A stretch of DNA of 64,000 nt from a virus (IMGVR_UViG_3300008113_000041:807-64806); one strand, 5' to 3'; numbered from the stretch's first letter, positions 30,901 to 40,886 are shown. Numbers and translations are program-made. Notes: a model not told the origin generated them from the sequence alone.

Positions 30901-33900
30901 TACAGCAAACACTGTAGCAAATATTCTTCTTGCTCTTAATATTCAAGCGGCTTTTGGTAAAGCAGAAAAGAATAAGATCTCCATTAAGACTATTACTTCT
31001 AAGTTTAAGGAAGTAACAGGTAAAGATGTAGATTACGGTAATATCAAAGATCTATTTAACTTACAAACAGTTACAAACAATCTTATTGGTATTACCCATA
31101 TTAATTCTGCAGATTCCTTTATAGGAAAACTCTTAGACTTAGAAACAACTACAACAGTTTCTACTAATGGTGGTATTGTTAAGGGTTCCGCTATCGTTGG
31201 TTTATTTAGAAACATACTTACAAGACTAGATAAGCGAGAAGGAAAAACTACTACAACAGTATTTATTTCAGATAGAGATTTTACTTTAACAAACCAAGCT
31301 AAGGCTGGTCTTAATAATATTATAAAGATAACCATCAAAGAAGATGGAACATTTGCAACAGAAATGCAATTTGGAAAATTAGAAATGGATGAAGCTGGTA
31401 ATGTCAAATCTACCAAGCCTGAACTATTCAATGATCCAGATCTTTCTGATCAAAATGTAATTGATTGGAATACATTTGCAGCAATGGTAAAAGAATGGAA
31501 AGATGCGGCAGATGTTATTATTAAACAAGAAGATGAGAAAGCTGTAAAACTTCTTAGCACTACATTAGATGAAATGCAAGAAGATATGAAAGCAATTCTT
31601 ATTAATGCCCAACTCTTCTCCGAAGAGATCACTGGTGTTTTTAAAGATTTGCTTAGTTCCCTAGAAGATGGTGATGTATCTAATGTAATACTTCAAATGA
31701 AAAAAACATTTGACGATCAAATTAAAGAAGCAATAGAAGCTACATCTAAAGAACAATACCGAAGAGTGTATACTGGAATTATTGCTAATATGTTTGCATT
31801 AGAACAAATCAAACCACTGTTAAAGCAAAGAGTTGACGCTCTTAGTAATGCCGAACTAAAAGCAAAAGCAACTAAAGAACTTGCCGAACTTGATAATAGC
31901 AAGTATACCGTAACACAAGCAATTCAAGATTACCATACAAGACCTAAAACAAATAAAGTAGAAACAAAGTCAGATAAGAAAAAAGCAAAGACACAACCAC
32001 TAGATTTAACTGGTGTTACTTTTATAGAAGAAACAACAGCCCCAGTTAAAGCAGATACAGAAACTCCTGCACTTGTTCCTACTATAGATAATCTAAAGTT
32101 AGTCTTTGGCTTAACAGATAAAGAAGCTCGCGTTGGTTCTATAATCATGCAAGCTTTGGGATCTAAAGTCGTAGATGGATTAACAAGTAATGTTGGTCTT
32201 GCTAAGGGTGGAGAAGAAAACGAACTTGCTCGTATCTTCCTAAAGCGTGTTGATGGTGGAGTAAAAGCACTTATAAAAGCAAATGAAGGCGCAGATCTAT
32301 TCTCTATTTCACACGAAATGGGTCACTACGCTAGGTTCTTCTTCTTAGATCCTAGAGCATCTGTAGCAGAAAGAGCAGCTGTTGGTATTACTGATAGCAT
32401 GTACGATAAAGTTATGTCTTGGTTAGGCGTAGCAAAAGACGCTGACGGTAACTACGAAAAACTAACAGACGCACAAGAAGAAAAATTTGCTAATGGTTTT
32501 GCTTTGTATCTTATGAAGCTTCTACAAGGTGATGGCAAGGCAACCAATACTGGTATTCAATTTGCATTTAATAAACTTGGAGAACACTTAGGAGACTTAG
32601 GTAATAAGTTTAAATCACTAAAGAAAACCAAAGATATTGAAGCAGCCAAGTTAACCCCAGAAGCAGAAGAAGTCTATGCTGCTCTTTTATCAAAGACTTC
32701 AGAAGATAATATCACAACCATCTTTATGGATGGATTCAAAGATATTATTTCAGATCTTACCGAAGAGCAAAAGACTTTACTGGGTCAAAGAATTCTTGGA
32801 TCTATGCGTTGGGAAAAATATAAAGCTGGAATAGAACTAGAAAGAGAAGCTGCCGCAAAAGCAACTTCTGCTGTTAGTGAAACTATTGCTGAAGCAAATA
32901 CAATTCCTGTAGAGCGTGTAGATACTGTTGCCGATTCTGTAGAAACCCCAAAGGTAGATATTGAAAAAGCCACAACACCAGCGGCTAAGGTTGAAGCGGC
33001 TGCAGAAGCAGCTGCTGTAGATGTCGCTATAACAAGACTAGAAGTAAAAGCAGATATTGATAAGGAAGTTGCAACATCACTTGCAACTACTGTAGATGCA
33101 ATTATTACTAGAACAGAACCTGAAGTAGAACCTGTACCCACACTAACCACAACGCCAAAGATTACAACTGAACGCGAGTTAACGCTGAATGAAATATCTA
33201 ATCTTAAAGAAGGCGATGTAATAAAGTATACAAGTAGTAAGAGCCGTACAGACTATACTGGTGTTGTCAGAGGAACTTCCGATCAACTTAGTACTAGATG
33301 GGTAGTTGTAAAAGTTACTGATACAGAAGGTCGCTCTAAAACAATTAATAAGAATATTAATTGGTGGTTAAAAAATAAAGTAACAGGTATTGTAGAAGCT
33401 GAAACACCCACTTCTGTAGAAACAAAACCAACAGATGTTACTGCTGAAGTTAAACCAGAAGAAACAGTAACAACGGCTATTGTTACAAATATTAGGAGAG
33501 AAAGAAAGCCACGAACAAAGAAAACAGTACAAGAAACTCAACAACAAAATAATCAAGCTAATACTACAGTTCAAGAAGCAGCTGTAAAAATTGATGAAGT
33601 TTCTCAACAAGAACAAACAGTGGCTGCTACTATTATTGAAGAAGTAAGAGCAATAGAACCAACGGCAGTTCCTGTTGTTACTAAACAACTTGAAGAAAGA
33701 GTAAAACCTGATTTGAGTTTCTTAGGAGATAGAAGATCTGAAACACTAGATAAAGCTGTTGAAGACTTTGAAAAGCTTAATATTAAACTCAGTTTCCTTA
33801 GTTCTATTATTGGACTTTCTGAAGCAGAAGATATTGTAAAGTTTAGAGCTTTACAAGAAAACCCAATATATAAACAAAAGCAAGAAAGAGGAGAACTAAA

Positions 33901-36900
33901 TAATGAGTTTAGTATTGAAGGAACACTACAATATATTTCTGGTTTATTAAAACAAGAGTTAAGTTTAGAAAATGGAACCGTAGATTATTTAGGTTTAAGA
34001 ATAAATAACAAACCTTTATTACTTACATCAGAACTAGTTGGTGTTATTAAAGCAGCAGCAACTAAGTTAGGTTTCAAAGAAGAAACTTTCTCCATGATGG
34101 TAAGAGCAACCTTTGCGGTTGAAAAAGCAAAGACAGACCATTTAATGTCTATCTTGGGAAAGAAACTAAAAGCAATAGAAACAAAGATTGCTGAAGGTAA
34201 GAAACTACAAACAGCAGATAGAGAAGCTATAGCACAAGTGAAAACAATTGCTGATATAGAAGAAGCAGCTAAACAACCAACTATTGAAAAAGTTTCACCA
34301 GAAAGACAGGAACTAGCAAAGGTTATATTTGAGGCTTATGATTCCTTGTTTAGAGCGCGTAGATTAGATGAAGATTCTATAAACAATCTTTATGTTAACT
34401 TTGTTACAAAAGAAGGCTTAGTTAATCTCCTTAAAACTAGACTTGGTGATGATTACTTAGATCCTAACTTTATTAGGAATAAACTAAAAGCAGAACCAGC
34501 TAGAGTTGGAGATCCTATTTACAACCTTCTTGTGGGTTCTATTAAGAATCTAGAGTTGTCTGAAAGAAGATCTAAGATAGGACAGATAACAACAAAGATA
34601 AAAGAAGTTAATGAAAAGGGAGAAGTTGTTGAAGAAACAATAATTCAAAAGTTTAAAAAAGAAGGAAGTCAAAGAATTGGTAAGGGTGAAAACGAAGTAG
34701 ATATAATTGGTAGAGAAACTTCAAGACGAACATTACAAGAGCCAGAATTAGAGATGAACATTGAACATGCCAAAGCAGCAATTAATAGTGGACATGTGTT
34801 TGGTTCCTTGTTCAAGTTTATTCAAGCTCAAGGTGATACTGATGTCTTAAACTTCTTCGTAGCCAAGATGCAAGCTATTCAAGAAGGCCACGCAACTAAC
34901 TATAAGTCTTATATTGCTAAACTATTTGATGTTCATAATATTAAGAGAAACGGAACATTTGCATATACTTCAGAAACCTTAAAAACTCTTGAAGAAAAAG
35001 CAGAAGCATATATAGATGAATGGTTGACTGCTGTATCTGAAGTAGAGCCAGATATTGCTAAAGGTATTAGAGAAGTTATCCCTGGTGTCAAAAAAAGAAA
35101 ACCAAGGGAAGTTACTATTAAAGACGAAGCTTCATTTGCACAGTCTTTAAAACAACTAGAGTATTTTACAAAGTCTACAGGAACAAAACTTTTAGAAGGA
35201 TTTGATTGGTCTAAAGCTCAAACAACGGAACAAGAAATTTTACAAACTTTTAAAAGTAATTTCCCTAACCAACCAACTTTAAGAAATTTACTAAATGTAA
35301 TAGAAGAAAAAATACCATTAGATTCTCCAATAGCCTCATCTTATAAAGATATTGTAGCTTTGTTTAAACAAGCTCCAAAAGATATTATAGATGAAACAAA
35401 AGTAGAAATTAAAGACGCTAGAGCTAGGGTTACTCTTGTTGGTAATATAATTAGTGTTTCAGAAAAAAATAATATTAATACAATATTCCATGAAATAGCA
35501 CATGGTGTTACTGTTCAATATATTAATAGATACATTTCTAAAGCGTCTAAATTAGATTCAGAAACTCTGTATAAACAAAGTGCAAAACAAATGATAGATA
35601 CACTAATTTCAATTCAAGATAATAAAGTATTACCAAAAGAAGTATCAAATATGATAAAAGCGTATCTTACTTATCTTACTAATAGATTTGGTTCTTTAGA
35701 GGTTGTAAAAGGAGAGAAAAAAATTGAGTTAAAAAACTTAGTAATGATGCAAAATTTTGAAGATTTAGAATCTATTGTTATGGATAAAACCTATGCTTTT
35801 GCTAGAGAACAAGAAGATAATTATAAATATGGATATCCATTAATATCAAAAGATGCTGCTACTACTCAAAGAATAAAAACAGCTTGGACTAAATTTAAAA
35901 ATAAAATGTCTACGGTTGAAAATGGAGTGTATTCAATTTCATTAGCTCCAAAAATAATTCAAACTATTTCTAGACTTGATTATACTTTTATTGATGATTC
36001 TTTTGCTTCTTCTAAAAAAAACATTGAGCTAGAAAATATTTTCCTTATTAGAGATATAATAACAAGTATAGAAAATAAAAGAGGATTTATTGAAGGTAAA
36101 GATTATTTCATTCTTGAGGAAGGTTGGGGCGAAAAACGAAGAGTATACATTATATATACTAAACCTTTAGTAGAAAACCTTAAACAAAAAGGATTAGTTG
36201 AACCAGAGTTTGAAAATAACTCAGCAAATAATTACAGGCTTACTGATTTAGATTATGATAATGATTTGCTATTAGCTAATAAAGATTTACTTTTACCTAA
36301 ATTAATAGGATTTAAAAAAAGTTTACCAGATGTATTTAAAACAAATGGTTTACCATATGCGGCTGGTAGTATCTATGAATTTATTTCTGAAATATTTACA
36401 AGAGAACAACACGCAAGATTTTTAGATAATATAAAACTAAATAATGAAAATAGTTTAAAATCAGTATTAGTAGACGCTATAAGAGCGTTGTGGGGAATAG
36501 AAGGAAACGCAAACAAACAAACATTACTAACGAAAGTTCTGAGTAATGTAGAAATTATTTCAAAAAACGAAAGAAACTTTATTGCAGTTAAATCAATAAC
36601 AGATCAATCTAAAGTTTTAAGTTTTGCTCAATCAAAGAAAATAAAAACAAAAGAAAGCCGTGGTATAAAAAAAGCAGAAAAATTTAGGCAAGATTTAAAT
36701 ACAAGTAAGGGTAGATGGTTAGTTCTTGCTACAAAACTAAAGCAACTAATCAATCAAGATATTCCAAACGAAACAGAAATTGCCAAAGTAAAAGAAGAAT
36801 TAAACAGTGTACTTGCTACTATTTCTGTAAAGAGAAAGGGATTAAAGGCTTTAGGTTTATCTGAAAACTTTAGTGATAAAGATATCGCAATAGTAAATAG

Positions 36901-39900
36901 ATTGCTAGAAGGACTAGATCCAGTTGATGATCTATCAACTAGACTTGGTGTTGAGAATGCAAATAGAATTATTACTGCTGATATTTTAGAACTAAAAGAT
37001 CCAGAACAAAAGATGGAATTTGTTAAGGCTTTCCGTGGTATGATTAAATCCAAACCACAACTAAGATCCTTCTTACGGGAATTAGAAAAAGTAAAAACAG
37101 ATCCAAGCTTTATCTCTAAGGTTGCTGATGAATTAGCTATTACAAGAGAAGACGATGAAGCAGTAGATACTAAAGGTTTACGAGACATGAGTACAGAACA
37201 GCGAAGAGACTTTTTAATTAATGAGTTTATTCCGAAGATTAGCGAAACACTAGGTGAACGGGCTGGTCCTCAGAATATTCTTAGTAAGTTCTTTGAAGCC
37301 GTTCCTGGTGGCTCTGCTATTGCTAGACAATTCCAAAGAAGAGTTGGTGGTAGCGTATCTTATGCGGATACTGTAAACTCTCCATACCTTACTTTGGCTT
37401 TCCTAGCAAAGATACTAGATCCTAATATTGATGTTAGAAACGGAGAACTATCTGGTAACTTCAGATTGTTCTCAATGGAAGAAGCAGAAGCAGAAGCAAA
37501 ACTTATTCTAACAAGTTCTGGTATTCCTGATATCTTGTCTGAGATTCAAGCAAAGAAACTAAATGAAGAACAGCTTAAGGCACTAAATAACATTGCTTGG
37601 AGATACCTTACAAAGCCCGAAGAACTACCAACAGATACTCCAAATAAAGAATTAATACTTGGTTTAATAAAAGCACGAAACAAGTTTAATGCTTTAGTAT
37701 CGGATTATCTAAAGCAGTACGGTGGGTTGGGTGCTAAACTAGAAGATCCAGATATGTATGGAACTTCTCATAGACCTAGCCTATATGCTATAAACAATCC
37801 AGATGAGTTTGTGAAAGCACTTACTAAACACGAAACAGAAAAGTTCTTAAACAGTAATGAACTTAACGGTGCTACTTTACACGCTATGGGTTGGATTGAA
37901 ATCACAAGAGCTAATGATGACGGTCATGTTGATATGGTTGTCATTAGAGAAGATTCTCCAATTGCTGGTTTGTTTGAAGACAAACAAATAACAAAGAAAG
38001 ACGCAAAGAAAACTAAAAAGATAACATGGGGTAAGGCTAAGAAACAACTACAAATAAAAGATGAAGAAGGTAATCTTAGACTTCCACAAGAAACCCTAGA
38101 TAGATACTACGATGCATTGAAGGATGTAACAGATGATTATCTTCCTGCTTGGACTGAATACTACAAGAACTTTGCAAATCCAACAGCAATCTTTGTATCA
38201 ATGCGTACTGCTAAGGATCGTATTCTACGGGTTCCTGAAGGAGAAAGTGATAACAAATCTCTATCTCCAAAGACATACTATGCAAACAAAGCAAGTGATT
38301 ATACAGAAGAAAGATTATTTACACACGACGAGTTAGTTGGTAATGAAGAACTAGCCAAGTTCTTTAATGACAATATTCTTGGTTTGACTATTGAAGAAGC
38401 AAATGTTAGACTCTTCCAACATGTAGTTACTAAGAAACTAACTGAAGTCTTTGGTGTACGAATGTCATTCGATGATCTTCTTCAGTTTGCAAAACTAGCA
38501 GAACTTAACTATGTCAGAGATATAGATAAAGTATCTGTAAAAGAAAGAGAGAGTTTCTTTAGGGGTTGGGAAAAGATTCGTAGATCTTGGTTACAGAAAA
38601 CAAATAGACTATCAACTGAATCTTCGGATTATGATCCTAGCTTTAAATGGTTAATGGAAAGTTCTCCAGGAATTATAATGGCTCTTGGTGGATTATCTGC
38701 TGGTACTAAGACTGTTGTATCTGAGTTGCCTAGAGCATTGCTGGCTTCAGATAGAAATAGATCCTTTGTTACTCAGTTTATTCCCAATCTATTTACCATG
38801 TTAAAGTATACCTTTGGATTAAATGCAGCTCAAAAGAGACTAGAGTTGTTAAAGCAAGCTTCTGCTATTCACTGGACTAGAGCTGTCCTAGAAGACACCT
38901 TCTCCGCTAACTACGAACACTCAGCTTCAAGACACGATTATGCTGGTCCTGTTCTTGGTAGACAAGGTTGGTGGAGAAACCTATCAGGTAGATGGAACTC
39001 TCTAGTCGAAGCAAATAGAATGGAAAAGACCGCTAGTGATAAAGCTAGCAATATAGTAGCTAGTATTGGTTGGCTTGGTGGTAGTTTACTACGCTGGTCA
39101 AACGAAATGGTAAATGTCATTTCAATGCAAAATGCAATGCATAACATCCAATCCAATATAACTAACTTTAGAAATCTTGCTATTATGTTAGATAAGTATG
39201 GTACTGAACTATCTGGAAAAAGCCCAAGACGAGCTGAGTTTAATAAACTAGCTAGATCCTGTGGTATCTCTCCAGAAGAAGCATTAGATCTATCAAGATC
39301 TGGTTTGCTGGATTTAGAAACCATAAATATTATGCACAAAGCATTGACTAAAGATTATAAGTTAGTTACTACTGAAGGTCTTCCAGATTCTTCCAAGTTA
39401 CTCAAGTGGGCAGAAACCCTATCAGCAGAAGATCAAGTAAAAGCAAAGAATGCTGTTTATAAACTAGCAGGATACATTAAGACTCTGGCAAGAAACACAA
39501 ACACCGAACCAACTTTATTGGATACTAGAGTTACCGTTGATCCTGTAGCAAGAGCCTTAAGATTGTATACTCAGTTCGGTACTAGTAACTCTGTCCAAGC
39601 AATTGGTAGAGTTAGACGATCTGGTAATGCAGCCTTGGCTAGATTCGTAGCTGGTCAGTTCCTAATGCAAGTAGCTGGTGGTGTTCTAATCTCCTATCTC
39701 CTAAATGCTGGAGATGAAGATGAAGCAACAAATGAAATCACCAGTTCACCTGTAGCCTTCATGTTAACCAATGCTGCTAGAATGCCCGTATACGGAAACT
39801 ATAGCTGGCTCTTTAAGTTATTGGTTACTGGTGCCTATCAGACCTATGCCCATGTTGCACAGGAAGATGTACCAAAGAGCATGGAAAGACTAGACCTACC

Positions 39901-40348
39901 TAATGTTATTGACTCACCATTCCAGTATAGATTTGATGCCATGACTAAGGACTTTGAGAAGATGCCAGGTATCATAACCAGATATATGGAAGGTAAGCCA
40001 CTAACTAGAAAGCAAAGAGAACAAGCTATACAAGCTATACCATTCTTAGATAATATGTTATTATCAGGACTAATAAAGAATGCTCTTGAAGAAGAGTACA
40101 CCCCACCCACCGTAGGTAGGGTATATAATCCTGGTATTATTGAATCTAAGAAGCCAGCTCCAAAGGCCGTAGAATCGCCTATGGAGCCTAGGGTACAACA
40201 ACCTATGGTAGAGCCTACTCCAGAGGTAGGAATGCCTAGGGAGCCTATGCCCGTGGCTAGAACGACTCAGCCATTGAATATACCCAGTAGACCTGTAAAA
40301 CTACAGGGAGTATCTACTGAGTTGGCTGATCTGTTAGAAAGATTCTAA
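27902..40348 (+). CDS. giant internal virion / polyvalent protein (gp16-like position), 4148 aa
   Basis: Uninterrupted 12.4-kb ORF; coiled coils; HEMGH..EEKFA and HEIAH..EFISE zincin-like motifs; hydrophobic segments in the N- and C-terminal regions. Confidence 0.75.
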   Translation: MSQFTPSSLGQPIPSGTEPDFSYNLFGGLQPVEVNNQQQVLRYSLPDEFAKTDELKRKQEEISSLRLFGAVDKDDPNFKSIVQVGQYEIPTYIGMRQGTGLSTSLDAETVGEQEVNRQTTAGSGRRGIFAETNREFNRLMVKTANSEADMFPFDANESYDWATQNLAGSFGSWLKSVGDLIGWTNTEQQDNAAFNVELALSHEDRNWNGALAAEATNKFLTDKPEVAQYFELTGVDPHQFTRLSKNPLGWTFQLNQAVIQAQANLRMQIYEEETGWIGKQADKLYYGVKDPTMIRDLIVTTLASYGLATTETALAGLARTGIARSAGAAGLIDKTSLAVGRYGVRGLSGGPLTGPIENFIFQTSKVLVPTVGEKGFQTAVARSVAIMGEAAAWSGISAAQMQKEDYRFKHLVLNFGEYAPEFKYDLSSIYQAAYEGGLLGLGMFGSMRVVMGGLGDISAVRSAKPGEKISTLSRQIANSLDSFATTVEGRTVFGNRLGQNRGIAFGNWLDKNMKGLDNRNTASIVVNGKNLYHFDGFSPEVISKANFNEAKSREIVSLWAKATNTVETPESLFDPEVLSTKGLTYDQVIDTLKTFNKAIEIGVEARKSMPRGMFEAIKPYDEFNESFINKVAQDTEDQATRTIMRGIVDEWRSLNEQRTAKINAEQNKDLTELSDLEFEERRTELTTRLSELEEKKKSFGSNSSKLDKEISDIQGQLKQVNSEIAKLNSKGKYPNALKNISDALRITVKKLNDLTQKQQDDKQKRLADIDKKAEKIERKRQIYLALPDETPDQITYKNRLLNDLIGEEEKLNAKRNKIESEKGATRKEQRELVNLEKEKSELEQLESQWLLKDKQETDLQTKQKELDDLKAEYEVKDADGSTNEQRIVSTKNSIDELDRVKKETAEYDAKVKDIKQRFNASREKLNQGKDNIVFLGLTDKLKRLNDLKLQRQIIKDPKRLKRIDRIIKQLEAYFETEQGVKEAVRAKIIEDTIDNNRGFGTANTVANILLALNIQAAFGKAEKNKISIKTITSKFKEVTGKDVDYGNIKDLFNLQTVTNNLIGITHINSADSFIGKLLDLETTTTVSTNGGIVKGSAIVGLFRNILTRLDKREGKTTTTVFISDRDFTLTNQAKAGLNNIIKITIKEDGTFATEMQFGKLEMDEAGNVKSTKPELFNDPDLSDQNVIDWNTFAAMVKEWKDAADVIIKQEDEKAVKLLSTTLDEMQEDMKAILINAQLFSEEITGVFKDLLSSLEDGDVSNVILQMKKTFDDQIKEAIEATSKEQYRRVYTGIIANMFALEQIKPLLKQRVDALSNAELKAKATKELAELDNSKYTVTQAIQDYHTRPKTNKVETKSDKKKAKTQPLDLTGVTFIEETTAPVKADTETPALVPTIDNLKLVFGLTDKEARVGSIIMQALGSKVVDGLTSNVGLAKGGEENELARIFLKRVDGGVKALIKANEGADLFSISHEMGHYARFFFLDPRASVAERAAVGITDSMYDKVMSWLGVAKDADGNYEKLTDAQEEKFANGFALYLMKLLQGDGKATNTGIQFAFNKLGEHLGDLGNKFKSLKKTKDIEAAKLTPEAEEVYAALLSKTSEDNITTIFMDGFKDIISDLTEEQKTLLGQRILGSMRWEKYKAGIELEREAAAKATSAVSETIAEANTIPVERVDTVADSVETPKVDIEKATTPAAKVEAAAEAAAVDVAITRLEVKADIDKEVATSLATTVDAIITRTEPEVEPVPTLTTTPKITTERELTLNEISNLKEGDVIKYTSSKSRTDYTGVVRGTSDQLSTRWVVVKVTDTEGRSKTINKNINWWLKNKVTGIVEAETPTSVETKPTDVTAEVKPEETVTTAIVTNIRRERKPRTKKTVQETQQQNNQANTTVQEAAVKIDEVSQQEQTVAATIIEEVRAIEPTAVPVVTKQLEERVKPDLSFLGDRRSETLDKAVEDFEKLNIKLSFLSSIIGLSEAEDIVKFRALQENPIYKQKQERGELNNEFSIEGTLQYISGLLKQELSLENGTVDYLGLRINNKPLLLTSELVGVIKAAATKLGFKEETFSMMVRATFAVEKAKTDHLMSILGKKLKAIETKIAEGKKLQTADREAIAQVKTIADIEEAAKQPTIEKVSPERQELAKVIFEAYDSLFRARRLDEDSINNLYVNFVTKEGLVNLLKTRLGDDYLDPNFIRNKLKAEPARVGDPIYNLLVGSIKNLELSERRSKIGQITTKIKEVNEKGEVVEETIIQKFKKEGSQRIGKGENEVDIIGRETSRRTLQEPELEMNIEHAKAAINSGHVFGSLFKFIQAQGDTDVLNFFVAKMQAIQEGHATNYKSYIAKLFDVHNIKRNGTFAYTSETLKTLEEKAEAYIDEWLTAVSEVEPDIAKGIREVIPGVKKRKPREVTIKDEASFAQSLKQLEYFTKSTGTKLLEGFDWSKAQTTEQEILQTFKSNFPNQPTLRNLLNVIEEKIPLDSPIASSYKDIVALFKQAPKDIIDETKVEIKDARARVTLVGNIISVSEKNNINTIFHEIAHGVTVQYINRYISKASKLDSETLYKQSAKQMIDTLISIQDNKVLPKEVSNMIKAYLTYLTNRFGSLEVVKGEKKIELKNLVMMQNFEDLESIVMDKTYAFAREQEDNYKYGYPLISKDAATTQRIKTAWTKFKNKMSTVENGVYSISLAPKIIQTISRLDYTFIDDSFASSKKNIELENIFLIRDIITSIENKRGFIEGKDYFILEEGWGEKRRVYIIYTKPLVENLKQKGLVEPEFENNSANNYRLTDLDYDNDLLLANKDLLLPKLIGFKKSLPDVFKTNGLPYAAGSIYEFISEIFTREQHARFLDNIKLNNENSLKSVLVDAIRALWGIEGNANKQTLLTKVLSNVEIISKNERNFIAVKSITDQSKVLSFAQSKKIKTKESRGIKKAEKFRQDLNTSKGRWLVLATKLKQLINQDIPNETEIAKVKEELNSVLATISVKRKGLKALGLSENFSDKDIAIVNRLLEGLDPVDDLSTRLGVENANRIITADILELKDPEQKMEFVKAFRGMIKSKPQLRSFLRELEKVKTDPSFISKVADELAITREDDEAVDTKGLRDMSTEQRRDFLINEFIPKISETLGERAGPQNILSKFFEAVPGGSAIARQFQRRVGGSVSYADTVNSPYLTLAFLAKILDPNIDVRNGELSGNFRLFSMEEAEAEAKLILTSSGIPDILSEIQAKKLNEEQLKALNNIAWRYLTKPEELPTDTPNKELILGLIKARNKFNALVSDYLKQYGGLGAKLEDPDMYGTSHRPSLYAINNPDEFVKALTKHETEKFLNSNELNGATLHAMGWIEITRANDDGHVDMVVIREDSPIAGLFEDKQITKKDAKKTKKITWGKAKKQLQIKDEEGNLRLPQETLDRYYDALKDVTDDYLPAWTEYYKNFANPTAIFVSMRTAKDRILRVPEGESDNKSLSPKTYYANKASDYTEERLFTHDELVGNEELAKFFNDNILGLTIEEANVRLFQHVVTKKLTEVFGVRMSFDDLLQFAKLAELNYVRDIDKVSVKERESFFRGWEKIRRSWLQKTNRLSTESSDYDPSFKWLMESSPGIIMALGGLSAGTKTVVSELPRALLASDRNRSFVTQFIPNLFTMLKYTFGLNAAQKRLELLKQASAIHWTRAVLEDTFSANYEHSASRHDYAGPVLGRQGWWRNLSGRWNSLVEANRMEKTASDKASNIVASIGWLGGSLLRWSNEMVNVISMQNAMHNIQSNITNFRNLAIMLDKYGTELSGKSPRRAEFNKLARSCGISPEEALDLSRSGLLDLETINIMHKALTKDYKLVTTEGLPDSSKLLKWAETLSAEDQVKAKNAVYKLAGYIKTLARNTNTEPTLLDTRVTVDPVARALRLYTQFGTSNSVQAIGRVRRSGNAALARFVAGQFLMQVAGGVLISYLLNAGDEDEATNEITSSPVAFMLTNAARMPVYGNYSWLFKLLVTGAYQTYAHVAQEDVPKSMERLDLPNVIDSPFQYRFDAMTKDFEKMPGIITRYMEGKPLTRKQREQAIQAIPFLDNMLLSGLIKNALEEEYTPPTVGRVYNPGIIESKKPAPKAVESPMEPRVQQPMVEPTPEVGMPREPMPVARTTQPLNIPSRPVKLQGVSTELADLLERF

Positions 40349-40355
40349 TTATTCT

Positions 40356-40395
40356 GGTCCTGTACCCTGAAATATGGGTACGGGACTATTCGTTG
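40356..40395 (+). terminator. hairpin / probable terminator after last late gene
   Basis: GGTCCTGTACCC-TGAAATAT-GGGTACGGGACT; weak U-tract. Confidence 0.55.
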
Positions 40396-40396
40396 G

Positions 40397-40409
40397 TTGG
40401 GGCTATAGA
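40397..40409 (+). promoter_or_regulatory. putative phage RNAP promoter near genome end
   Basis: Exact TTGGGGCTATAGA, intergenic. Confidence 0.8.
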
Positions 40410-40580
40410 TGATATATAATCATTATAAGGAATTTTCTTTTACCTTGTAGGAATACAAGGGTTTTCTTTAAGTTGATATTATTATAGGGTTAGCCCACAG
40501 GATCTCCTAAGTAAGCAAGGGACTCCGTGGTTTGCCTAACACGGAGCTTGGGTCTTTGCCGTCTACACGGGAGGTCAGCT

Positions 40581-40691
40581 ATGATATCTATTGATGGGTT
40601 AGATGGTCCACTGGATTTTGAGGTGGATGATGATGACTTTGACATGGAAATTGACTTAGGGGTCAGAAATTTATTCTGGGTTCCTCCCTAA
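40581..40691 (+). CDS. acidic peptide, 36 aa (not in ORF track)
   Basis: MISIDGLDGPLDFEVDDDDFDMEIDLGVRNLFWVPP; GGAGG 6 nt upstream. Confidence 0.45.
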   Translation: MISIDGLDGPLDFEVDDDDFDMEIDLGVRNLFWVPP

Positions 40692-40886
40692 ATCCCTCCG
40701 CTGATGGCCCCCCTTTAGCCCCTCGGTCGGCTCGGGTCATAACCTCGGAGGCTGATAACCGAATCGGGCATAGCCTACCCTGCCTTTCTTTCGCGGCATA
40801 CCCTAGGATACAATCCTGCAGCGTATACCATCGAAGGGAAAGCATCGTAGCCTACCCTATCCGTTCCAAGTTAAGGAGTCTGAATC

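Noticed and set aside
22082-40110. Minus-strand ORFs within the internal-virion genes
   Set aside because: Ser/Phe/Leu-rich antisense shadows of purine-rich coding sequence
40639-40677. TTGACA/TTGACT as host sigma70 -35 elements
   Set aside because: No -10 hexamer at 16-18-nt spacing; early host promoters could not be placed confidently
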